This document shows, piece after piece, positions 50,589-57,735 of a stretch of DNA of 64,000 bases. The stretch spans positions 84,576-148,575 of the IMG/VR virus record IMGVR_UViG_3300021963_000035. The stretch is one strand, 5' to 3'. The stretch is from a virus. Every line of letters begins with the position of its first letter. The first letter of the stretch is position 1. The translations under genes were made by a program, and so were the position numbers. The notes beneath the pieces were generated by a model. That model ran no database searches and had not been told where the DNA came from. It saw only the letters and a program-made list of their open reading frames with translations.

Positions 50589-50971
50589 TTTGCTAGTCCT
50601 TTTTTTTGTTGCTACACAATGTTGTGTAGTGCAGTTAGTATAGCACCGTTTTGGCTGTGTGCAACAAATAATTTAATAACATATTTTCTCAAGGGTCTTT
50701 CTCGGATACGCCTACCCCGACGCAGCAGCTGAACATGTGTCCACGGGGTTAGGTGCTGTCCCGGCGCATGCAGCTCACATGTGCTGTCGGGGTTGCATGC
50801 CTTTTGTCCCTGTGCAGTGATGTTGTGCAGCAGGATCGCCCTGGGGCATGCGTCGTGCTGGCGTCCATCGAGGATCCTTGCGGGGAGGATAAAAAAAGCC
50901 CGCCGGGTCTATTCACCGGACGGGCCAAAGGGGGAGGAGTAAGCCCCCGAGCACACTACGCAAAAATCAAA

Positions 50972-51157
50972 TCATCTGCTGTCCAGCCATTCATCGTGGC
51001 GGATCATGACGGTCCCCACCCAGGCTATCAGAAGACCGCCTAGCGATATCAGCACGGCTCCTAGTAGCATTGTGTCGTTGAGGCTGTTCTCTACGCCCCC
51101 GACCCCGAACATGGTTACGATTAATCCTACGATGAAAACAAACATACCTCGCTTCAT
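50972..51157 (-). CDS. Small two-TM membrane protein
   Basis: Coupled to upstream gene; hydrophobic. Confidence 0.65.
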   Translation of the reverse strand: MKRGMFVFIVGLIVTMFGVGGVENSLNDTMLLGAVLISLGGLLIAWVGTVMIRHDEWLDSR

Positions 51158-51402
51158 ACCGCCTCCACTGCTTGAGTAAAATAATCTGTGTTGAGATAGT
51201 CGTAGACTTCCAGGAGGCTGTCATCGTCTAACTCTCGGATACGCTGCTTGATGGTTTCCAGGTCCCAGCCATCCTCATCGAGATTGATAACCCCGAGGTC
51301 GAAGTCGAGGGCATACTGGAGAGCATCCTCGTTAGCATCGTCCCAGTAGAGCTCTAGGATCTCTACCACGGTGTCCTGTATCCTGGTCTTGATGTCGCTC
51401 AT
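51154..51402 (-). CDS. Highly acidic early protein
   Basis: AGGAG RBS; GGTTGACA..TAAACT promoter. Confidence 0.75.
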   Translation of the reverse strand: MSDIKTRIQDTVVEILELYWDDANEDALQYALDFDLGVINLDEDGWDLETIKQRIRELDDDSLLEVYDYLNTDYFTQAVEAV

Positions 51403-51539
51403 CTTGTGCTCCTTTAATTAAACAGTATCTAGAGTTTAACAGATTTTTGGATCCTGTCAACCAAAATAGGCCGCTGTGTAGCGGGGTCTATGGTGGTGTT
51501 GCACTAGCGCAACAGTGTGCGCTAGTGCTGTGTTACAGT

Positions 51540-51872
51540 TTAAGTAAACAAACGCAATACAATGCTGTTTTGTGTTACTACAATTTGCGCATTGTGTTTT
51601 TTAGCAATTTGCGTTAATGCTAAACAAACGCTTGTTGTGTTGTAAATTGTAACAGTTGCAAAGCGTTTACGAAAATTAGTAAAAATACGCTTTGTAAAAT
51701 ATTGTGCTTGCGCTGCTAATGCTAATGCGCTTAACTGTGCGTGTTGCTGTGCAGTATACAAATTTGCATACTGCGCATTTTGCTGTTTAGCGTGTAGTAT
51801 AGTGCGCAATTTACTGCGTGTGTTTTGTGTGTGCTTTGTGTGCTGCACTTGCACTTGTGTTTGTGTTTGCAT
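51540..51872 (-). CDS. Basic early protein with no D, E, G, P or W
   Basis: Extended -10 TGTTATAGT upstream; downstream hairpin; 110-aa open frame. Confidence 0.65.
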   Translation of the reverse strand: MQTQTQVQVQHTKHTQNTRSKLRTILHAKQQNAQYANLYTAQQHAQLSALALAAQAQYFTKRIFTNFRKRFATVTIYNTTSVCLALTQIAKKHNAQIVVTQNSIVLRLFT

Positions 51873-51976
51873 AGTGTGTGCTGTTTAAGTTGCTGCATAA
51901 AATTATGCAGTAACTACACTATAACACAAATTTAAAAAACTTTAGCGTTTTTAGAAACTTATTTTCCGTAGGGTCT

Positions 51977-52180
51977 TTATTGCCACAACTGCTGCTGCCG
52001 CTGCCAGCATGAGGGATTGCTCTGGGGTGTGCCCTTGCAGTTGAGATTCCTGGATTGACGAGGGGGGACCTGTTCAAACAGTGCGTGGCCAGGCTCCGGA
52101 TCCATGTGGAACCTCTGAGGGGCGCAGCCGGCAAGGATCCCGACGAGGACCCCGATGGTGACCATGGATGAAATCTTCAT
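51977..52180 (-). CDS. Putative lipoprotein
   Basis: Signal peptide with LAGC lipobox. Confidence 0.65.
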   Translation of the reverse strand: MKISSMVTIGVLVGILAGCAPQRFHMDPEPGHALFEQVPPRQSRNLNCKGTPQSNPSCWQRQQQLWQ

Positions 52181-52401
52181 GAAGGTGTGTGGGGTTGGTT
52201 GATGACCGCCAGGCCACGTGCCCTGGCATCCGCTTTAAGATATCTCATTAGTGCTCTCTGGATTCTCTCTTCGACGAAAGCCGCTTCCGCTGCTGTGAGC
52301 TCGGTCTCGGGAAGTTCGTCGTTAAGGACTTTAAGGACCACAGCCTGGCGATCAGCTGCCAGTCCCTGTGGTGTGAAGGTACACTTGCGCCATGTAGTCA
52401 T
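52177..52401 (-). CDS. Hypothetical protein
   Basis: Coupled ORF. Confidence 0.6.
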   Translation of the reverse strand: MTTWRKCTFTPQGLAADRQAVVLKVLNDELPETELTAAEAAFVEERIQRALMRYLKADARARGLAVINQPHTPS

Positions 52402-52748
52402 GTTTTCATATACTCCGCGCCCAACTCCTGTGGAATCGTCACGTTGGTTCCGGTGGGGAATTTCTGTGCTATCAGCTGGATCAGTTGCTTGGGATCATTG
52501 TGTTGCCCCAGGAAGCGATCACTAGGATGTTCGTAGGCGTAAAGGGTGTCACCGTGCCGCTCGATCTTGACCGTGGCCTGTGCTTCAGGTTCGTCTTGTG
52601 ATTCGATGGCTGCTCTCAGCTTCTGCTCTAATTCCCGGGGATCGATTCCCGCGGCACGCAGCGCGGACTTCATCATAGATCTAATGACGATACCGTGTAC
52701 GGCCCAACCTAACCAGAATGCGAAAGCGAAAAGGATGATCAGTTCCAT
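52398..52748 (-). CDS. Membrane-anchored hypothetical protein
   Basis: TAAATA-N5-ATG; N-terminal TM; LYAY....FL.Q. Confidence 0.7.
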   Translation of the reverse strand: MELIILFAFAFWLGWAVHGIVIRSMMKSALRAAGIDPRELEQKLRAAIESQDEPEAQATVKIERHGDTLYAYEHPSDRFLGQHNDPKQLIQLIAQKFPTGTNVTIPQELGAEYMKT

Positions 52749-52849
52749 AATTGTATTTACTCCAGGTTGCTGCTGCCTTGCATGTAGCGGGGTCTATGTT
52801 CATAGTATAGCACACGACCTGCTCACCTGCAAGTCGTGTGCTGTTGTGT

Positions 52850-53170
52850 TTAAGCCACAGCGTATTGCCGCAATGCTTGCTCAACTGCTATTACTGCTAG
52901 TTTGCTTCGGCCGCCAACGTGCCAGTCTGTAATGTGCTGTTTAGCAAGCCCTGCTTCGCCGCAGTAATTTTTGCCATCTTTGTAATTGTAGATAGTTGCA
53001 ACAACGCCGTTGCTAAATTGCAACTCCCATTCTGCGTCCGTCTTGTAAGCGTCCCCCTCGCTGTGCTCTGGGCCAAACACGTCTACAAGTGTTGCGTAAT
53101 CTACATTAACATAACCCTGCAAGCTAGTGCCGTTTACTGCTTGCCATTTTGCTTGTTTAAAAGTTAGCAT
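52850..53170 (-). CDS. Early hypothetical protein
   Basis: AGGAGCG RBS; TTGACA..TATTAT promoter; L...FG.P, ATIY.YK, WHVGG motif. Confidence 0.8.
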   Translation of the reverse strand: MLTFKQAKWQAVNGTSLQGYVNVDYATLVDVFGPEHSEGDAYKTDAEWELQFSNGVVATIYNYKDGKNYCGEAGLAKQHITDWHVGGRSKLAVIAVEQALRQYAVA

Positions 53171-53235
53171 TTTGCGCTCCTGTTGTTCACTGCGTTATTG
53201 CAGTGTGTTTATAATAGCACCTGTTGTCCAAAATG

Positions 53236-53382
53236 TCAACCACGTAGACCCTGTAGATAACTCTCACGCAGGAGTCGACGCTGTTCTTTGTAGCGTAGCT
53301 GTCTGGCCAAAAAGCCCGGAGATTCAAACCAATCTTGTAGGCAATGACGGGTTTGTCGGCGACGCCTTGCTCTCATCTTCAT
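53236..53382 (-). CDS. 48-aa Arg-rich peptide (not in ORF track)
   Basis: AGGAGCGAAC RBS before ATG; MKMRARRRRQ... Confidence 0.55.
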   Translation of the reverse strand: MKMRARRRRQTRHCLQDWFESPGFLARQLRYKEQRRLLRESYLQGLRG

Positions 53383-53413
53383 GTTCGCTCCTTGTCTTTA
53401 ACTGTCAACCAAA

Positions 53414-53626
53414 TTAATATGCAGCTTCGTCTGGTGCACCCCAGGCGCACTCACGTTCCTGAGCGCGGATCATCTCCCACTGATCACGGATCACAAGCTT
53501 GGCCGCAGCCACGTCCCCGTTGCATTCTTCGAGGATGTCGTTATAATCTGCTGCGTCCCAGCACTCTACGATCCAATGACCGCCTGCTTCGTAGTTGTCC
53601 AGGGCATACTGATAAAGTTCGTTCAT
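53414..53626 (-). CDS. Acidic early hypothetical protein
   Basis: AGGAGCG RBS before MNELYQ; promoter upstream. Confidence 0.7.
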   Translation of the reverse strand: MNELYQYALDNYEAGGHWIVECWDAADYNDILEECNGDVAAAKLVIRDQWEMIRAQERECAWGAPDEAAY

Positions 53627-53682
53627 TTTGCGCTCCTTGTTGTGGAGTTCATATAATAACACATTTTGGGCTCAGTGCAACC

Positions 53683-53767
53683 AAAAAAAAAGGATAACCC
53701 TACGTGCTGTAAGGTTATCCTTGGAACTGCTACAGCTTCCCGGGAGCGAATCGGTTTAGGCCATAGC
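53683..53767 (-). ncRNA. Candidate 3'-UTR anti-Shine-Dalgarno hairpin plus terminator (copy 1)
   Basis: CCGATTCGCTCCCGGG identical to copy 2; outer stem GCUAUGGC/GCUGUAGC. Confidence 0.5.
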
Positions 53768-54049
53768 TGCTTCTTTGGCTGCTGCCTTAGAAGTCTTTGC
53801 GGGAGCGTACTTGCTCTCAACGTGTTCAATCGCGGACTGAACAGCGGCATTTCCCTGACCGTAGCCGATGCTGCGGAGATGGGCCACGATTTCAGCCTTG
53901 GTCATCTCGTGTGGGAGATTGATCAGGTCCACATCGTTGTGGCCGTTCTTTGCCAGGATCTTGATTCGCATCTGATCGTTGGCGAAGCGCAGCTTGGTCT
54001 TGCCATTAAGGGTTGAAACGCCTGCTACTGAAAAACGCTTGTCTGTCAT
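53756..54049 (-). CDS. Hypothetical protein
   Basis: GAGG RBS; TTGACA promoter; VAGVS..NG..K.RFAND. Confidence 0.75.
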   Translation of the reverse strand: MTDKRFSVAGVSTLNGKTKLRFANDQMRIKILAKNGHNDVDLINLPHEMTKAEIVAHLRSIGYGQGNAAVQSAIEHVESKYAPAKTSKAAAKEAAMA

Positions 54050-54145
54050 TTGAGTTACCTCTCTGTGTGTTTAAAAAAAGCACCAAACCATTTGGTACGT
54101 TATTATGTTAACACCGGTTTGGTTTGGTGTCAACCGTTTTTTTGC

Positions 54146-54337
54146 CTAATTTGGCAAAACTTGTATCGTAACGCTTTGGGTCTCTCCCAATGCGTTCACG
54201 AAAGCATCATCGTATACTAGTTCCTTGAAAGTCAGATCCAGCATCTCTTCAACCATCGCGAGATCAGCAGATCCATCTGATGCGCATTCGATCGTTAAAC
54301 GGAATTCATATGTTCTCATCGTTGCCAGCTTTCCCAT
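54146..54337 (-). CDS. Hypothetical protein
   Basis: ORF in the minus-strand run. Confidence 0.55.
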   Translation of the reverse strand: MGKLATMRTYEFRLTIECASDGSADLAMVEEMLDLTFKELVYDDAFVNALGETQSVTIQVLPN

Positions 54338-54597
54338 TTAAGAAGATACAGTGCCAATGCTTCTTCAGCCAGATACACACTGCTCTTTTCACTGTCCCAT
54401 GCCCACTTAGGTTGGGTCCCATCGAAGAAGTCAGGACGAGCAAATGCCAGCTCAGCACTGGGTCCAAACTGCATCCACAGCCAGTTACGGCTCTGGATCC
54501 ATTGATTCACCCTCTCGTCTCTACCGTAGAATTCTACCCTATGGCTGAATCTGCCATAGCCATCATATCTCCGGTCTAATTTAATAAGTTTCATCAT
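54316..54597 (-). CDS. Hypothetical protein (small family ending ..LKW)
   Basis: W.W.QFGPS.EL motif; start at MMKLIKL. Confidence 0.6.
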   Translation of the reverse strand: MMKLIKLDRRYDGYGRFSHRVEFYGRDERVNQWIQSRNWLWMQFGPSAELAFARPDFFDGTQPKWAWDSEKSSVYLAEEALALYLLKWESWQR

Positions 54598-54622
54598 ACA
54601 TGCACATGCGTAGTAGCGGGGT

Positions 54623-55282
54623 CTATGAGTTGACTGTGTTATGAGGATCGTATTCCCCAATCAGCCCTACAGACTTACGCTGTTCCGCACCTTCCTTAAC
54701 GAATGCATAGAGTTCTTCCTCCATGCGTTGCTCTTCTTCATACTCAGCGAGATACTCACTGATACCAAACATCTCGTCCAGCTCTTCTGGAAGGATATCA
54801 CGAGCCTCTTCACTGGTCTGCCATTCGGTCCAGCAGTTGTCCTCACCATCCTCATAGACTCCAGCGAAACACATGCCGGGCTCGTAATACATAGCGCGGA
54901 TCTTGTAGCCTTGCTCTTCCATGATGGGATAGATGTTCAAAGGCGGCGACCAGGCAGTATCAAAGTTCAGAACGATATTGTTCTCATCGATACGGCTGTC
55001 TCCTCCACGCTCGCCACAGTCCCACTTGGTTCCCCAGTTGCTGGTCTGCCAGTCATACCAATCCTTAGCGCCAAAATACTTGAGATTCAGTTGCTGTTTG
55101 AACTGATTCAGTTCCTCAGCATAACTGTCTCCCAGATAACCGGCCACGGTCTCGTGCAGTTCCTTAGGGCAAGGTTTGATGTAATCCAACATCCGCCCTT
55201 GTCTGAATGCACGACGTAGACCCGCGATCTTGCGAGGATCTTCGTGGCTGACTTCCAAATGATTGTTGCACCAATTAGGCAT
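54623..55282 (-). CDS. DUF1281/YubB ferredoxin-like family protein
   Basis: MPNWCNN, WYDW...NWGTKW, FDTAWSPP, YYEPGM.F.G. Confidence 0.8.
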   Translation of the reverse strand: MPNWCNNHLEVSHEDPRKIAGLRRAFRQGRMLDYIKPCPKELHETVAGYLGDSYAEELNQFKQQLNLKYFGAKDWYDWQTSNWGTKWDCGERGGDSRIDENNIVLNFDTAWSPPLNIYPIMEEQGYKIRAMYYEPGMCFAGVYEDGEDNCWTEWQTSEEARDILPEELDEMFGISEYLAEYEEEQRMEEELYAFVKEGAEQRKSVGLIGEYDPHNTVNS

Positions 55283-55318
55283 AACTCGCTCCTTTCAAAG
55301 TATGCGTATATTATACGC

Positions 55319-55543
55319 TCATCTTTTCAAAATGTCAACCAATTTCTGGTTCTGCATATCCTGATAGTTGCGAGCCATCAGTTCGTCGAAACGATCGATC
55401 ATGCGATCTTCGATACGACGTGCATTCATGTCAAAGATCTGACCAACCGTCTTAAGGATCTTGTGCTGTGCCATGAGTGTTGTGCCGGGATCCTCAAGCA
55501 CTGCCATGGCCCGTTGAATGTATTCAAACTCTTGAGGTGTCAT
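55319..55543 (-). CDS. Hypothetical protein
   Basis: Coupled ORF. Confidence 0.6.
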   Translation of the reverse strand: MTPQEFEYIQRAMAVLEDPGTTLMAQHKILKTVGQIFDMNARRIEDRMIDRFDELMARNYQDMQNQKLVDILKR

Positions 55544-55971
55544 ACGGGGAGATCTCCCTTGTTGATTCGCCGCAGCAGACAGGTAAGAGTAAAGTCTCGA
55601 TTGACCATGAACTTCTTAGGCCAGTCACGGATCTCCCAATCATCCAAGTTCATGGTCTGGTGACGCTTGACTTTGCCACGAGGACCAACAACCTGGATTT
55701 CCCAAAGTTTGCTGTTTCGGCCAATGCCACCCATCTTGGCCGTCACGACATTGTTCTGATGTTTCACAGTGTAGGTCTTGGTCTTGGGATCGTAGGAATG
55801 TTCATAAGCCATCAACTGATCACTGATGGCCTTCTGTGCATTGCGGATCTGTTGATTGCGTAATCGATTGCCAATGCTGGTCAGATCGTTGTGTGTGAGG
55901 CCGTAGAGTCCTGCCATCATCAGGATCTTCTCTTTGGCTTCCTTCTTGGCCTGTTTCTCTTGCAAGTCCAT
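55540..55971 (-). CDS. Hypothetical protein
   Basis: AAGGAA RBS; promoter upstream. Confidence 0.7.
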   Translation of the reverse strand: MDLQEKQAKKEAKEKILMMAGLYGLTHNDLTSIGNRLRNQQIRNAQKAISDQLMAYEHSYDPKTKTYTVKHQNNVVTAKMGGIGRNSKLWEIQVVGPRGKVKRHQTMNLDDWEIRDWPKKFMVNRDFTLTCLLRRINKGDLPV

Positions 55972-56019
55972 GTCTGTTCCTTTGTGCTAATAATAACAGG
56001 GCCCTAAGGCCCTGTCAAC

Positions 56020-56388
56020 TCAATCAACTACATGCACTTCCTTAAAGCTCTCGTAGCCGTATTTCTTTTCCCACGCGGCAATAAAGTCCCCGTCTACGTC
56101 TAAGCTAACGTAGTTGTCTCCCTGCATGCCCTGCTCGCTGTAGTCTGCTTCCGCAAGGCCCTGTTCTGCGAGGAATGCGTTAAGCTCTACTAAAAAGTTG
56201 CTGTCTGTGTAAATTAGTCCGTCTTCGTTAACGTCCCAATCGTCTGTGTTAAAATACACGCACAGCTCGCCAAAGTCTTTGTCGTCTACAACATAGCCCA
56301 AGTCTATGCCTGTAATACGCACTGCCTTAGACACTTTGCTCCAGTAGCCGTCGCCAGCAGTGTTAAAAGTTGCTCTCACTGTTTGCAT
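56020..56388 (-). CDS. Acidic early protein lacking Pro
   Basis: AGGAGCGAA RBS; own promoter. Confidence 0.8.
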   Translation of the reverse strand: MQTVRATFNTAGDGYWSKVSKAVRITGIDLGYVVDDKDFGELCVYFNTDDWDVNEDGLIYTDSNFLVELNAFLAEQGLAEADYSEQGMQGDNYVSLDVDGDFIAAWEKKYGYESFKEVHVVD

Positions 56389-56455
56389 TGTTTCGCTCCT
56401 GTGTGTTAATGTTCAAATAGTATAACAGGGCCCTAAGGCCCTGTCTACCAAAATA

Positions 56456-56818
56456 TTAAATACCCTGGAACTTTGAAAGGACTTCTTGTGCGCTTTCATC
56501 TAGCATAACTGCGTCCATAGCCTTGCGCTTCTCAATGTCAAGCTCTGCGCGGTATGCTTCCATAGCCAGCTTCTTTGCTTCCATTGCGGGCCAAACTACA
56601 TCTTGCGGGTTGAGGTAAGGACCTGTATAATCTTCCTTTTCCTCTTTAAGTGTGATCTCGCCTGCTTTAATTGCTGCGAACACTTGTCCCCAGGTAGGCT
56701 GTTGAGGACGACCGCTAGGACCAAAAAGTTCTACAGCCTTAGACTGTAGTTTATCTGCAACGATCTCCTCCAAACGGCGGATGAAGTAAGAACGTTGTTC
56801 TGTGGACATTGCTTGCAT
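56456..56818 (-). CDS. Hypothetical protein
   Basis: AGGAGCG RBS; promoter. Confidence 0.75.
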   Translation of the reverse strand: MQAMSTEQRSYFIRRLEEIVADKLQSKAVELFGPSGRPQQPTWGQVFAAIKAGEITLKEEKEDYTGPYLNPQDVVWPAMEAKKLAMEAYRAELDIEKRKAMDAVMLDESAQEVLSKFQGI

Positions 56819-56881
56819 ATTGCGCTCCTAAGTTTCACTGCACATCGCAGTATCATTAGTATAGCACCTGCAGGGTTTGGG

Positions 56882-57157
56882 TCAACCGTTTTTTTCAATA
56901 CCCGACTTAGTTATAGGGTTTCTCTTGCGGGCTTTCTTTCGGGCGGGCCTGCGTTCCTTGAACTCGTTAGCCACATACCACGCGACCAGTTGCCGTTGGA
57001 TCATCGTGACCAGATCGCCGAAGTCATCTGGAACTACAAAACGGACCGGACACTTGCCCCAGGTATTGTGCTTGACGAATTCTGCATAATACCTACGATG
57101 CTGTTTATTGCTAGCATCGAATGCTACAAAAGGGCGGCCGGTCAGTTCTAGTTTCAT
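56882..57157 (-). CDS. Hypothetical protein
   Basis: FD..N..HR..Y..F.....WG.CP.RF motif. Confidence 0.7.
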   Translation of the reverse strand: MKLELTGRPFVAFDASNKQHRRYYAEFVKHNTWGKCPVRFVVPDDFGDLVTMIQRQLVAWYVANEFKERRPARKKARKRNPITKSGIEKNG

Positions 57158-57288
57158 TTTGTGGTTTCTTTAATAACCCCTGTGGCCACAGCGTTGGTTG
57201 TATCAACGGCACGGCCGAATAGTTCTTTGGTCACTGCGGGGTACAGTACGGCCAAAGTTAAGATCACTCCTAAAAGAATTTTGCCCAT
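57154..57288 (-). CDS. 44-aa membrane peptide (not in ORF track)
   Basis: GGAGG RBS; MGKILLGVILTLAVLYP; ATGA overlap. Confidence 0.55.
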   Translation of the reverse strand: MGKILLGVILTLAVLYPAVTKELFGRAVDTTNAVATGVIKETTK

Positions 57289-57289
57289 G

Positions 57290-57667
57290 TTAGGCCTCCT
57301 GTGTGTGTGAGTTAGCGATCGTTAGCAAGAACAATTTACGACCGAGCTTTCGGGCTTCGGACTTAGCTTCATTCAATGCTTCCCATATTATATCATCAAT
57401 CATTCCGTCTGTCAATACATCTTTGGAATCCTCATAGAGCATGCCCCCAAGGTGAGCCTCTCCTAAGACATATTTGTCAAACACGCAACGGACTCTCAAC
57501 ATAAACCAATCGAGATCGCCCCGATCGATCTGTCTGCAGATATCCTCTATATCATACACGGAGTCATCGAATAAGTCTCCGGGGTGTGCATCTTCCCAGC
57601 TCTTTTCCACGACTACAGTGAATCCTTCACGATCGAGTCTTGCCAGTTGTTCCCAATGACGTTGCAT
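57290..57667 (-). CDS. Hypothetical protein
   Basis: AGGAGGAGCGAAC RBS before MQRHWE. Confidence 0.75.
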   Translation of the reverse strand: MQRHWEQLARLDREGFTVVVEKSWEDAHPGDLFDDSVYDIEDICRQIDRGDLDWFMLRVRCVFDKYVLGEAHLGGMLYEDSKDVLTDGMIDDIIWEALNEAKSEARKLGRKLFLLTIANSHTQEA

Positions 57668-57735
57668 GTTCGCTCCTCCTAAGTAACTACAGTATAGCAC
57701 AAAAGAAAACCCTACTCAGTGTAGGGTTTTGTGTC

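Larger units (their letters stand above)
49907..54627 (+). repeat. Polar GGGTCTWT motif, 7 copies; three extend to GTAGCGGGGTCTATG
   Basis: 49907, 50693, 50905, 51484, 51971, 52790, 54619; 15-mers at 51478, 52784, 54613. Confidence 0.85.

Noticed and set aside
49993-50643. Cys/Val/Leu-rich + strand ORFs (49993, 50314)
   Set aside because: Antisense shadows of the biased minus-strand gene; promoter, RBS and terminator all support the minus strand.
49945-51953. UV-avoidance or simple low complexity as the cause of the islands
   Set aside because: TT and CT dipyrimidines are abundant, the sequence is not repetitive, and only GA/GG/TC/CC are lost.
49945-51953. Avoidance of all restriction sites
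   Set aside because: GCGC, TGCA, CTAG and TTAA palindromes remain common, so the rule is dinucleotide-level; avoidance of GR-containing sites cannot be excluded.
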